DNA of 64,000 bases from Octopus vulgaris (lineage: Eukaryota). The DNA lies in NCBI GenBank assembly GCA_951406725.2, contig OX597814.1:36952001-37016000 (forward strand), in the 5' to 3' direction. Numbering within the stretch: position 1 is the stretch's first letter; every line of letters starts with the position of its first letter. Under the pieces are notes generated by a model that saw nothing but the letters and a program-made list of their open reading frames with translations, searched no databases and was not told the DNA's origin. The position numbers were made by a program, and so were the translations under genes. Positions 1 through 13,186 of this stretch are shown here, in pieces.

Positions 1-59
1 AGATAATCAAATATGTTGGGAATAACTAGGTTTTAATAATTTGACATGATTTAGTTTGG

Positions 60-290
60 AAAGAATAGAATGTTAGAAGTGGTTAGGCTTTGCTTTATAT
101 TTTTTCCAATGAGGTAAGTTTCCTTATTTAGAATTGCTAGAAATGTTTAGGTTTTGGCTTACATTTTTCAATAAAGTAGGTTTCATTATTTAATCTAACT
201 TGTGTTGGTGTTCCAGTAGCACAATGATAAAATGGAATGATTACAAATTATGGAAGCAGTTGCTTTGCACATTTCTCAATGTACTCACTT
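60..290 (-). mobile_element. Penelope-like element, C-terminal end of GIY-YIG endonuclease region (degenerate; last ~60 bp duplicated)
   Basis: Minus translation SEYIEKCAKQLLP*FVIIPFYHCATGTPTQVRLNNETYFIEKCKPKP resembles the PLE C-terminal R..KE.YFI.K.KP.LN pattern; a second copy of the ETY..GK..K.KPN segment follows. Confidence 0.7.
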
Positions 291-905
291 CAAACACGTA
301 TATACATACAACAACCCCAGGGAGCCTTAAATTACGACCCATTATATAACTGGCTCAGCCAGTGAAACACAGATAAAATCTATATATGGACATCCACCTG
401 ATACCCATTCTTAAACACATCAATAGCTATATCAGAGTTGACTTGGACATGTTAAATCACCTTCTAAAAAAGGAAGAAACAATCATGGTATCATTTGATG
501 TGATTAATTTATATGCCAGTATACCTCATAATTATGGTTTAGAGACAATGCAGTCCTGGCTGAACCAATATCCGTAAGAAATACCGGAAAGGATCAGCAA
601 AGAATTCATAATTGACTCGGCTGAAATCATCTTACGAAGCAACTGCTTTATGTTTGACAACATGTTTTAATAACAAAAATTCGGAATTGCGATGAGTACA
701 AGGGCAGCCCCACTCATTGCAAACTTAACAATGGGCTATCTGGAAATAATAATATACCAGGAATCTTTATCTACCTTTGGAAATTCTCTTTCCTAATACA
801 TAAAAAAGAAATTGGAAAAGATTCCTAGACGAGTGTTTCATCCACTACATATGAAAACACAAACTCTTGAAATTCAAAAGATTATTGAACAGTATCAACC
901 CAATC
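290..905 (+). mobile_element. Penelope-like reverse transcriptase fragment (pseudogenised)
   Basis: LKLRPII, IMVSFDVINLYASIPH, NCFMFD..QKFGIAMSTRAAPLIANLTMGYLE, WKRFLDECF and LNSINP motifs of PLE RT, with stops and frameshifts; includes ORF 386-577. Confidence 0.9.
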
Positions 906-1078
906 AGGTTTTCTGAGGCACAAGTAAATTCAGATTTGAATTTGAACTTTTGTCCCTCTTTTGAAAAGGAATTCTGATCCTTCAAGAACTGTTAGGCATG
1001 TTGAGCAATTTGGTCGACCACATTTGTTGCAATTTTGCGTCCGTTATTTTAGAAAATAATTTTGCATTTGTGAGGATC

Positions 1079-1080
<2 letters not shown>
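903..1080 (-). mobile_element. Penelope-like RT-EN linker (Cys-rich zinc-binding region)
   Basis: Minus translation KILTNAKL..CNKCGRPNCSTCLTVLEGSEFLFK..KFKFKSEFTCASENL, typical of the region just before the GIY-YIG domain. Confidence 0.8.
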
Positions 1081-1119
<39 letters not shown>

Positions 1120-1120
<1 letters not shown>

Positions 1121-1795
1121 AAAAAATGAAGTTCGAAAATGCTGCTATATTATACAATTTTTAATTATTATATATACATTATAACATGTTTCAGTTCCTG
1201 AAATGAACCTTATCAAAAAAAGTTATATATAAAAAAAGATAGTTCATGCTATCAAATATAAGAAATTCATTTATATTACACAATGGAGTCAGACATCATA
1301 CAGTTCATATTTAGTTTGAAGTGAGTTCGTTCATGCTTTATGTTTAAAGTGTATGATGCAGTGGTACGTGGTGGTGATATATAAAAAATAGATCAAAGTG
1401 GTGGAATGCAGTCAATATAAAAAATTTATGTTCCTGAAAGAACGAGGAATTCATTTTTACCTTGAGCAACTGTGATGACCAATGGTGGGTGTTCGCTGGA
1501 TGATTCTGGCGAATCTTGTGAATTGTTCGGGTTTTATAACACCTGTTAGATGGTCAGTCCAGCGTAGCGTGACGTCATCAACGTTTTGACCAATCGTTTC
1601 GTTAGGTGGCTTAGTCAAGCAGAACGGGACGTCATCAACATTCTGACCAATCGTGACCTCTCGCTGTATTATAACTGCCTCTTGTCTGTATCCTGTTTTG
1701 ACCAATCGTTTCTTTAGGTGGCTTAGTCAAACAGAACGGAACGTCATCAAAATTCTGACCAATCACGACTTATAGCTGTATTATGTCTGCCCCTT
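1120..1795 (-). mobile_element. Putative PLE terminal-repeat-like segment between (TA)n tracts, with internal ~112-bp direct repeat
   Basis: Flanked by (TA)n on both sides; 1583-1680 repeated at ~1695-1790; degenerate HHR-like TTGATAAG..TGAAAC on the minus strand at ~1185-1216. Confidence 0.4.
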
Positions 1796-1809
1796 ATATA
1801 TATATATAA

Positions 1810-3571
1810 TCTCACTGCTTGTAGTAAACGTGACACCGTCTTCGTTCTTCGCATACAGGTATACCATCTAATGTCTCTTTAAAATTTAAGGTATTACAGT
1901 TTCCTATCCCATTTTCTTTCGTCATGAAGATTAATAACATTTAGGGTCAAATGCTAAAAGTTTCTTGATTGCAACTTGTAGATTAAACAGAAGTTCGTAT
2001 ATGAAATCTATCTTTTCCCTACTTCAATTATTCCGTTTTCTCTTATATAATACACACATACAGAACGAGTAAACCTAAATCTGAGTGAGAGGACACAGCA
2101 TTTGTAATTTCATTGGATGATGGCTTACCCTTGCCTTAACTTCCATTCCTGTAATATGACGTCCGAATTTCAGCACTGACCCGCGATAGAGGGCACAGCA
2201 TTTGTAATTTTGTTTCACTATTACTTACTGATATTCCTAATAAAAAAATGCCTGCTAAAAAAGACCCTCAAAAAACGAACACCAAACAAACGTACGACTG
2301 CAGCAGAAAACGAGGATGTGACACGCGCAATCCTAAATCTGTAGTCGCAGTCTCACTCTGGTTCAGATTTGAAACTGAACCTTTCAATTCTCCTTTGGCA
2401 TATGCCTTATTCAAATGTGAAAAGAAACTATGACAAATAGGTATTCCATTTCACCTGTGGCATTTTCCGTGCCATCGCAAAGACACCTGGTTTCTCTAAA
2501 GCCATTCTTATATATGATATAGCTATTCTTTAGCTTCATTCACGATATACCGCTTATTCAAACGTCAAAAAGGAACAGTGACAGATGGATATTCCACTTG
2601 ACCTGTATCGTTTTCAATACTATCGCAGTCACTTGGATTTAGTCAAGCTATTCTTCTTTATGATATACCCATTTCTCTAGCTTCTCAGAGAAATGGGTAT
2701 ATCTTAAAGCATTAACGAAAGTCAGGATCAAGCACTAAAAGTTGCTGGATTGCGACTTGAAGAACAAACAGAAGTTCGTATTTGAAATCCATGTTTTTTC
2801 TACTTCAATTATTACATGTTTTTCTCTTATATAATACACGCATACAGGACTAGTAAGCCTAAATCTGATTGACAGGACAAAGCATGTGTAATTTCATTGG
2901 ACTACAACTTACTGTTGCCTTGCCTTCCATTTTTGTAATATAGCGTCCAGTTATACCATCAAATGTCCCATTGAAATTTAAGCCCTTACACTTTCCTATC
3001 CCACTTTCTTTTGCCATGAGCATTAATAACAGTCAGGGCCAAACACTAAAACTTGCTGGATTGTAACTTGAAGAACAAACAGAATTCGCATATGAAATCC
3101 ATCTTTCCCCTACTTCAATTATTACATATTTTTCTCTTATACAATACACACATGCAAGACGAGTAGATCTAAATCTGACTGACAGGACACGGCATTTGTA
3201 AATTCCTTGGATTATTACTTACTCTTGCGTTGCATTCCATCCCTGTATTACAGCGTCGGAATTTCAGCACTAACACTGACAGGACACAGCATTTGTAATT
3301 TCATTTCACTATTACTTACTGATATTCCTAATCAAAAAAATGTCTACTAAAAAAAGACCGTCAAAGAATGAACACCAAAGAAATGTATGACGTGCAATAC
3401 ATTTTCGGTATGGACAGTGATGTTCCACTTGACCTGCAGCCACTTTAGTGCCATCGCAGTCAACTGGATTCTGTAAAGCTAGTCTTCTATATAGCATACC
3501 CATTTTTCTAGCTTCTCCACCCGAGAAACAGTAATAGTAATTACCCGAACAACAACGGGTATTTCTGCTAG
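1810..3571 (+). mobile_element. Non-autonomous Helitron with internal duplications and PIF1-helicase remnants
   Basis: 5' TC at 1810; 3' hairpin TACCCG-aacaacaa-CGGGTA (3542-3561) then CTAG (3568-3571); A|T insertion context; 2953-3078 translates IPSNVPLKFKPLHFPIPLSFAMSINNSQGQTLKLAGL (Helitron helicase QFP..FAMTINKSQGQT motif), with further copies at ~1861-1985 and ~2709-2767. Confidence 0.9.
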
Positions 3572-4263
3572 TATATATATATTAATCATTCTAAATGAAT
3601 ATAAATTCTGGAATTGTGACTACTAGCTCATTATTTTGTTACTTTTGTCCAGTCTCATATTATTTTATTACCGTTGTCTTCTTTCGCTGTTCCGCGTGGT
3701 TCATTAGTTGATTTGAAGATGGAAGAAAAGATGTTGCCTGATTACTGTGAACAATTTATCGAAAACAATATCTATTATGTCCATTCTGTTCTTATTTTTG
3801 ATAATAGCTCCTAAATAAAACTAGATTTCTCTGTATTTGAATATTTTATCTTGGTGTACTGTATAATCGAAAATAATCTAAAATTAATGTACATTTTGTT
3901 CTGTTTGTTTCATTTCTAAGTTATGACTGATGGGACAGATATATTATCCAAGTTACTCCAATCGTAAATATCTTGCATGTTTCTTTTGCGTAGGAGTTAC
4001 ATTATACAACATTTCCGTTTTAAGGTAGAAAGGTATGATTTAAGGGCTCTACAGGAAACGGGAGATTCCCTAATTGACTGTGGGCAAAGTTTCAAAGCTT
4101 CTCTACGTGCATACATGCTTACATTCATACTTATGTGCATTCATCTATGTATACACACACATATGCATGTATACACACACACACACATATATATATGGAG
4201 AGAAAGAGAAAGAGAGGGAGAGAGAAGTAGAATTAGGTACATACGCAGACACTCACACACGTA

Positions 4264-4613
4264 CACTTGCGTCAGAAATTAATTAGCACTTCTCAAATTT
4301 CTACATTAAATAGGTTAAATCAATTAACCTATGAGCTGTTCAAAACTTCTTACGCGATGAGAAAACTTAGTATGGTGTGATTTCGGTCCTTGCGAGGCGC
4401 TACCTATATCTATTAAACAAAGGAAGATTTGTCTGCATCCGCACTCCAAGTTGTTGTAGACTCTCAAACCGCTCTGCAAACAAAGTTACGTCATCGTTCT
4501 GCGCAACAGTGAACTCGCAACAAAGCAATAGTTCGAGATATGGCCACTAGGTGACAGCACATACCTTGAGTGAAGAGCAAATCAAGGGTGCTAATTAATT
4601 TCTGACGGTAGTG
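4264..4613. mobile_element. Tc1/mariner-type MITE (350 bp)
   Basis: TIRs CACTTGCGTCAGAAATTAATTAGCAC / GTGCTAATTAATTTCTGACGGTAGTG (26 bp, 2 mismatches), flanked by TA at 4262-4263 and 4614-4615. Confidence 0.88.
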
Positions 4614-6949
4614 TACATATGTATGTATTTATATATATATGAGCACTGAAATAGTTATTATTCTATACGTTCCTAATTCCTGCAACTCTCAGCAATCAAG
4701 TAATCAAGTTTTGCTATTCATGCTCAACGAATGACTTATCTAGGCCGAGTCAAAAACTCTATAATGAGGAAATGCATAATGTGGATATAGTTTCTATGGA
4801 CTCGCTACGAACATACGTTCTGACTTGTCAAAGACGTAGCCACTTATACTTGATACACTTGAAGTAGCTGGTAATCTTTACATCTTATACTACTTACCTA
4901 AAAAATTGTATGATAGATTGAATAACTTAAACAAGTTTTGCCTGAATAATAAATAGAAAGCCGCAACAGAAGAAAAATCTCCGATTAATTGTGGTTGATA
5001 AAACAATTTGTTGCTAAAATTTCATACATTACTATAACATACACTCTATTATACTTTAACGCCAATGTATTTTTACAATTTTAAAAATAAAAATTAAAGC
5101 AATATTCGAATCGATATATCTCCAAGTATTTCAAGTATATTTGATGCTCAATGAATTAAATGTTTTCTAAATTCTTGTATGTAATTAAAAATGAGTATAT
5201 TAATATTGCTAATGAAAACCTAATCCTGTTGATAGGCAAACTTAAATAATATTATTTTTGAATGTCGGGACAGATGTTGTGAGGGGATGAATATGCATGA
5301 ACCATAGAAATGTATAATATTTTTATGATTAAATTCAAGTTACCAGCAAGTTCTTTGCGTGAATCAGATTACATTAGTTACTGAGCTATTAAACATAAAA
5401 TATCATATCATATTGACATACGTATTATCAATTTGGAGAGCGACAAGAAGTGGGAGGGTGAGAGTATCAGCACGAAGTTTACTTCCTTTGGCACTCACCA
5501 TGAGGAACAAGCCTTTAGTGGTGATGACTGTTTTAGTTCAATGGTACACATAGCCGAAAGTAACGCAATTTCAATTACAATATATAATATTTGGAGAACA
5601 CTTTTAACAAACAATTGTGCTATTCATTTTGCAAATAAACTGTTTAAGGAATAATTCTACTTGTCATTTATGAAACACATTGACTATTCCCTGGGCGATT
5701 ATTTTAATAATGTTCAATCAATGTAAAGATTGAGAATACAAGTATTGTTCGATTTCTAGATTACAAGCGCGCTATTTTTACCATTCATATGATACAAAAT
5801 ATGAAAAGATTGTGAACGTCCGAGAATAGAAAATTGCTCCCAGATGAAGTTCAATTGTGTGCCATGATTGCATTTCATTACTTTCACTTACATTTCAAAT
5901 AAATCCTATTTCTGTTTCTTGGTTGAAAACATGATTTCTACATTATCTTTCCAGTCGTTACAATAATACATTGAAAACAAGTATTTTTGATAATGATACA
6001 AATACAATACACAAATTTGGCAATACGTGACCCGATACAAGAAAATGTGGGAATAATTCTGAATTGGATAAGTATTCTGATTTAGGGATTGCATTAACTA
6101 TCATATCCATTGTAAATATGATTGCCTTTTTTTACACTGTAAAATGACAAAATTATTAAGTGATAAGTTTGAAACAAAGTGCATGTCAAAATCTAGAGGT
6201 TATGACTATCTACGTAGCATAAAACTAATATGAAATTTTAACTGATGCAGTAACACGTATTACACGTAGGAATAACGCATACTTTGTAATCATATTCTTT
6301 TATAACTGCCTGTGCAAGTCCCTTTTGGGAATTATTTTCCAGAAAATTTAACAGTAAATGCATCTTAGAAATTTTGAGGTATATAGTTAGCTGAATATAA
6401 GATACTGTCATTGTATCATTACGAGAACTTTTGCCTTATGTCTTTTTTAAAAAAAAGTCTTATATAACTACCATAATATAATGAAAGAAAATGTTGACAA
6501 AACACAAAAAGCCATAAATGAATATTAGTGAAATATATTTTAAAGTATGATATGAATGGGAAGAGTCGAACAAATTAAACAAATACTTTTTAAAGAAATG
6601 AGTTTATAGTGTACGTAAAAATTTTGAAGTAAGTGAAGAAATACCGGTTTGGAGAAAGTTGGACACTATCAATACATTTGATTTAAAATAATTTGATACG
6701 TATGTATATTTCTACTAATTGATATTCAAGTGATAACTAATCCTAATAAACATTAAACTTTGAATCCTATTCTATTTATCAATTTCCATAAAGTATCCAT
6801 GCTGTTTGACGTGTGTACACAGTGATATTATATGTATGAGTATGTGTCACTACGTTTCATTTGCATATATTTCAACTGTTGTAAATATTGTTAACATAGG
6901 AAAATGTATTTTTCTGCCATAACGATACTAATTTGAAGCCAAAACGAAA

Positions 6950-7450
6950 TAGGAAAATATGGAAATAATATGGTACTGGATAATCGCTATAGATTTGAAG
7001 CAGAATTGCTTAGGTGAATCTACAAATCAAACAACTAAAACAACATAGATAACCTAGTGTAAGACTATATTCACATACACATCGTCATATTTTGGAGTAT
7101 ATATACATACATACGTTTTTAAGTATGTATTCATATCTTCAATAACAAGCAGCACTTGAGTGCAAACACAATAAACCTGACGTTGTTCTGTGGGACTGGA
7201 AACAAAATCATGCACTGTTATAGAGGTAGATGTATCATCAAACGCTCAGGAAAGGAAATCATGTATTGTGAATTAACGCGGGAATTACAGCTCTTGTACG
7301 CTTATCATAAATTTCCATTTCTACCTATCTGTCATCATAGTTGCTTTAGTTTATGTACCTACAGATTTACATAGCAACCTCGGGTTTTATTTCAAGAAAG
7401 AGCAAAAGAAAGCGATGTGCATACTCCGAAGCCAATCATTTGAAGTCAAC
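6950..7450 (+). mobile_element. R4/Dong-like non-LTR retrotransposon, restriction-like endonuclease fragment (degenerate)
   Basis: ECKHNKPDVVLWDWKQ..CTVIEVD..YCELTRELQLLYAYHKFPFLPI = PD-(D/E) RLE motif; same family as 55735-56345. Confidence 0.75.
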
Positions 7451-8049
7451 ATTTATAAAATATTCTAATGATCCCTCATCTAAGCATCTTTAGATGAACA
7501 AATGAACACATTTGGGTATGTGTCTCCACAGTTCAGGAAACACACCAACTCAAACACATATTAAAAAACACCAGAAGTGTGGTCACTTTTTAGTGACCAG
7601 TTTGAATTATTTTAAGAACTTAAAACTCAAAGGAAACACAAGTGCCTGCGCATGCACTCATGTGATTAAATATATATGCTTAAAACTCTTTACGAGGATG
7701 CTTGCACAAATGATATGATTCAAGCTTTAGATTTGAATGCTCTGCTGCAAATATGGCGACTCTGTAATAGAATTTTTTTACTGTCTGCAGGTACATTTTC
7801 ATGTATTGCAATGTGCATCTTCAGACCCCCAGTAGATCTACGAACGCTGTTACAAATGAGATACGTAGTTTCTTTTTGACTTGGAGGTAGTAAGTTCTTG
7901 CTTGAGTTCTGATACTGTCATCCGCTATGTTCATGGTTAACTAATCCAGCTCTTGATAAGAATTAATGAATAGAAGCAACATACAAAAATCCTCCCTCAA
8001 AAACACTAGGTATATGCCGCTGCTTTTAAATAACCCGTTTTAATTTTTG

Positions 8050-10250
8050 ATTTTGAAATATTTCACAAACGTTCTTGATTGTACTGATCTCGTTTGATCA
8101 ACCCAGCACGAAAGCTTCGAAATCTTGATTTTCCCATGTTAAATCGTAGAGGTTTGTCTTTATCACATTGCTATATCTCTTTTGAAATTTATGCTGTGGT
8201 AACTTTAGTATTAGAACGCCATGATGTAATTGCTGAATAATCCTGGTGCTACAAATTCTAATTAAATGGCCTATCCAGCGTATTTCATTCAATATAATGA
8301 TTTCCTTTTTCAATGTTGGGCATGTTATTGTTTGCAAGAGCAAATGTGTCAGCGTATAATTTATACTAGTTCATCCTTAGTATACGCCTTAATCAGTTTA
8401 GGTGAAATCTTTCAAATGATACGGAATGTTGACGATGGGTGGTCCCTGTTTCTGTAGTATACAAAACACAGCATAAATTACTACATAAAGTGATTCGTGC
8501 TAAGAGTGATTCCTCTAATTTTCTAAACACGTTTTTCAAGTCTGCCAAAGGCAGGGCTTGCCTTTGCAATCTTTGGATAAATTTCAACAAATAATGATCT
8601 ACCAGATGATACAGAACTCTTGAAATCCAACCATGTTCCATTGACCCTGATATTAGTCATGTCATTAAGCGTCTCTGGATGCAAGTGTGAGAACAACCCT
8701 TTGGTCTTATTGAGTGTAAATGGAGTCCGAACGTATTGAGAGCTCTAGAAAAATTCTCCATTAGCAGTTGCATATCTTGCTATTAAAGGGTCACAAAATC
8801 GACATCGTCTGCATATAGTAATCCACGCAAAATCTCTTCCAAATCTGTATATAATCAGATTAAATAGGTTACTAGAGTCTCGGAAACTTGAACAGACATC
8901 AATGGTAAATCCTTGAAATATATAATAATAACATTAATGAAATTCAGGGAGGCATGTGTGGGAACAAATATGTCTTCTTCCTTGACACTGTTATCCATTG
9001 AGATAGAGTCTGATAGGACACTACTAGCATTTACACGAGCCACGTGCATTCATGTTTAGAAGGAGTTTGTGAATTATATCGGCAACCTCCGGCGCGCATC
9101 CTATCTTTTCTAAGCGTTTGTGAGCTAAACAAAAACTTGAATAAGTGGTAGTGAGTGCTCAGTTTACTTTTGTTGTATTTGGCGTGTTGAAAAGCTCGTG
9201 TATCTTGTGTGTCGGGCTTTTCTGATCAATCTTGTGTAATCCATTTTAAAATGCGATCCAGTAGAATCCTGCTCTTCCAAAAACCTTTACAACTGCTTCC
9301 AGTAGTTGTTCTACAGTAATCGCTAGAAATGTTTTTGTTCTCTTTGCTTTTGTACATAGATTATGACTGCACAAACCCAGTCCCGCCTGATGCCACAGCC
9401 CCGCTATTCATGTAAAAATTGACTATGAATTTCAACTCGACAACATCACCACCATACCATAGTAGTTCTACACAGGGATATTATCAAAGCCTGGAGCTCT
9501 ACCAGTGCTTACTTCCTTTTATTTCACATTTTATTTCATATAAGTTGGCTACCAGCAACTTTCCATTTATAGGATCTGTCAATGAGAAACCATTTACGAT
9601 TTCATTTATAATCGATAGATATGAAACGGTTCAGTGAAGTGTTCAGTCCATCTTCAATATATTTCACCAGTACCTTTATACAATACATTTCCACCCTAGA
9701 TTTTACAGGCATAATACTTGTGGTTTGAGGGTTAAAAATTTTCTTCAGTAAGCTGCGTAATTGATTTGTATTTTGATCACGTGCATTTTGCGTTTCTGTT
9801 ATGATAGTCGATAACCGTCTTTCTTTTCTCGAAGATCGCGTTGATTAGGGGCTTTGTAGAATAGGCTTTCTTTACAATGTGCAAAATGTCATATTTACAT
9901 GTAATAAGTCATGTTCAGAAATATCCTGCACCTCGTGTAACACTTACTGAGCATATGTTTGCAAAATCTCGCTTGTGTATGACTGCATTGTACAAAATTA
10001 GTCCAGGCTTTTGATCCTGGCTGAATCTATGCCAGTTATGAACATCCCTTTCTTTGACAAACGGATTAAACTATGGCTAGATAAAATTCTGTACAAAATA
10101 GGAGACGTAAACCATTACTGTTTGTTTTGCGTGGCCCATGATTGCCAAAAGGCTCCCAGACCATATAGGATTTGAGATATCCTAAAATATGTTTATCGGC
10201 TATTGTAGCTGAAAAGTTGCTTTTTTCAAATCTTGGTAAAGCCCATTTTC
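8050..10250 (-). mobile_element. RTE-clade LINE remnant (RT and C-terminus clear, endonuclease traces weak)
   Basis: LLYADDVDF (YADD at 8804-8815), IRWIGHLIRI..IQQLHHG..PQHKFQKRYSNVIKTNL, weak WHR and SEH APE-like traces; many stops. Confidence 0.85.
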
Positions 10251-10512
10251 AGTTTATAATCAATGTAACACTTACGAGTTACCAGTAGCACTTAAATAAA
10301 ACCACTGGCATATATAAGATCTCATCCGAATATGTGATGAGAATTAAAAGCAGAAATTTCAACACCATTGTCAAACTTTTACTTGTAAACGTTGATAATT
10401 TACTCTAATAACAATATGTGAGTGAGACTTCAAATTAATTCTCAGTTTCCATACTCATGCGCATGCCTATACATATTTATGTATTTATTTATGAAAGCAT
10501 GTGTTTATATAT

Positions 10513-10556
<44 letters not shown>

Positions 10557-10594
10557 ATATATAAACACATGCATTCATAGATATAACCACGTGT

Positions 10595-10781
10595 GTACCG
10601 TTGGCGATTTTTTTCCTCCGTCTTCCCTTCTTTGGAGCTTTCCTTTTCCTAAGTTTCTGACGAAGATCTCCACTCGAAACCTTAAACCCTCCTTCTTTCC
10701 TGAGCGTTCAACAACACTATACTTGTTCCGCGTCCTCGCGTTGTTGTGTTTTCTCTTTGTGTTTTCATGTTTGGATTAACT
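10595..10781 (+). mobile_element. Short PLE terminal-repeat-derived element with degenerate minimal hammerhead
   Basis: gttt-CTGACGA-agatctccactc-GAAAC-ctt-aaac at 10653-10687; element ends in (TA)n. Confidence 0.65.
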
Positions 10782-11284
10782 ATATATATATAAAACTATA
10801 TAAAAACAAACATTAATTTATCCCCAACTATGAACTCTAGGTGGTATATAACAATGGATAAAACTAGTGTTTTCTTTTTAAGATCTGTCATTTGAATATG
10901 ATTTTGCAATTTCATACGTAACTATTTCCGCATATTAATTAGTGTTAGTGAAACAAGTGCAAAAGTTACGTACTTGATGATGTTTCAGTAGATCACATCT
11001 CTTGTTATGGTATAATATGGTTATATGTGTTTTTATATCAATGCTTGTTCTCCCCCAACGCTTAATTACCTGTGTTCCTCTGTTTACATCTTTGTAACAT
11101 AGTGGTCCGGCAAAGACACCGATGGAATAAGTACACCAATATTGACTTTCTTGTACAAAAATATAGGGACACAATGTGTCGTGTAGCCAGCTGGATACAA
11201 TGTTTCCTGGGGTTAAATAACAGTAACATTCGTCCCAACCGTGACTGACACATTATGTTGGCAAATGACCTTTATATATATATA

Positions 11285-11555
11285 TGTCATACGTTTCTAA
11301 TTTTAACTCATGTCCATTGTTCGGAAATCTTTTGTCATACATCTGCGACCTCATCAGCGACAATTTCTGCCTTCGTGTGTGCTCTTGCTCTGCTTATTAA
11401 ATTCCAGTGACATGAGTTAGAATAAGAATAGTAATAGACGAGTGAAGAACAAATATACAGTACAAGTGCTTATTTGAGTACTGTTACTGAATGTATCTGT
11501 CTGTCCCTCTGGCTATAGCACTTTCTTAGCATTACCTGCTACTCTTTGGGCCTTC

Positions 11556-11560
<5 letters not shown>
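11285..11560 (-). mobile_element. Short element between (TA)n tracts with degenerate HHR
   Basis: Minus strand tgtcg-CTGATGAG-gtcgcagatgtatgac-aaaa (stem II gtc/gac; G of GAAA lost) at ~11325-11363. Confidence 0.45.
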
Positions 11561-11603
<43 letters not shown>

Positions 11604-12433
11604 GCATACATACCCACACACATATATATATGTACACATACATACATACATACATGTATATATATATATATAACTTAAACCTTATGTCTTTTTAGGTACC
11701 ACCAGATAAGAGTGCAAATTGGAACGTTGCCCAAAGAATTGGAAGAGATGTTTAAGAACAAAAAAATAAACCAACAGAACAGTTATCTATTAGATTATAG
11801 GAGGGAATGGAATAAGTATATTTGGAATAGCCACAACAAGAAATATATTAAGATAGAAAAATGTATTACCATGTAAATGATGAGAATACGAATGTACAAT
11901 AGAGAGGATGTATAAACATTCCTACGATTGTTTCATGATTATGTAATTTATCAGAATGAAACCGAAATAATAATATATTGAAGCTGCGTAACCATTCTTC
12001 AGACATATAAAAGGAAGCAAATAGTTCTTAAAAGTTTATCCTTGTTTATAAGAATGTTTTATTCCATAGTAGTATAGAGAGGAGTCATAGTGATTCTGTA
12101 CAAATTTCCATATAGTAATCCGACAAGATTATGAGAGATTTTCGTAGTAGTAATCGTGTATACGTTTTTCATAGTAATTGTAAATATTAACAGTAGAGAC
12201 ACAAAGTATGAGAATATGTGTTATTATTTATATTAGTATGATTCATTCTTATTACGCACATGGGGCTACAAAGAGCGACAGACGAACATATAAGTAGGAA
12301 AAATAAAGAAAACGAATGAAAAATGGCTATGAATAATGAAAAATGGAATTAAGTCTACCCGACCCCACTATCTGAGTGACATCATTTAGACATTTTAAAC
12401 CGTTTATAAAACAATTCATTACATTATCATCAG

Positions 12434-12785
12434 TTAGTCAGTGCTGAAATATAGGCAAAGATAGCCCACCGTTGGTGGCAATTTACCTGCGTCGATTTCC
12501 CTATTCAGGTCCAAGGTCTCTTTTCTGTATTTTACTATTAATCTACTCCTTTCTTCCTTACTCAGCAGAGCATATCCAGAATGCTCGGGCAAACCCTCAA
12601 ACCCCGCTACTTGCACCGACACAGGTGTGTTTGTATTTGTAATTTCCTAGATTTCTTAGCATTTTGTTCGCATGGTTCTAAACCACCGCGTGATACGTTT
12701 TAGCGGGTGGTGATTGGGGAATTTCGGGTACCTGAATGTTTGTGCATGTGTCTGTGTCTGGAGAGCCAAGGTGAGGATTGGTGAC
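12434..12785 (-). pseudogene. Left-arm ORF remnant of unknown family
   Basis: VTNPHLGSPDTDTCTNIQVPEIPQSP..(stop/frameshift)..PVSVQVAGFEGLPEHSGYALLSKEERSRLIVKYRKETLDLNREIDAGKLPPTVGYLCLYFSTD*; homologous to the right-arm ORF. Confidence 0.7.
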
Positions 12786-12835
12786 TGGTGGTGGATGGTG
12801 GGATAGCGAGGGACCGGGTGGATGTCGGGTGTCGG

Positions 12836-13186
12836 GTTACCAACCCTCACTCTGCCCCACAAAACACAGATACGATTGCAGACATTCAGGTGCCCGAAAT
12901 CCCCCAATCTCCAGCCCAAAAGGAAAAAAAAATGTCACGTGTGATAGACAACGTTTCTAATAAAAGGTTGAAAAGGGAGAACAATATGAATTTTCCAGTG
13001 TTGGTGGACGTGTCGGAGTATGAGGGATTGTCCGATCACTCCGGATGTGCCCTAGTGAGTGTTGAAGAACGGATTAGTCTGATGGAAATGTATGGGACGG
13101 AGATTTAAGATTTGAGGATAGAGGTCGACATGAGTATGATGCTACCAGCGGCGAACTTTCGTAACCTTTATTTTGGGAACGATTAA
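12836..13186 (+). pseudogene. Right-arm ORF remnant of unknown family (one internal TAA at 13106-13108)
   Basis: VTNPHSAPQNTDTIADIQVPEIPQSP..PVLVDVSEYEGLSDHSGCALVSVEERISLMEMYGTEI*DLRIEVDMSMMLPAANFRNLYFGND*; 28/63 identical to the left arm over the C-terminal part, with the same terminal stop position. Confidence 0.7.
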
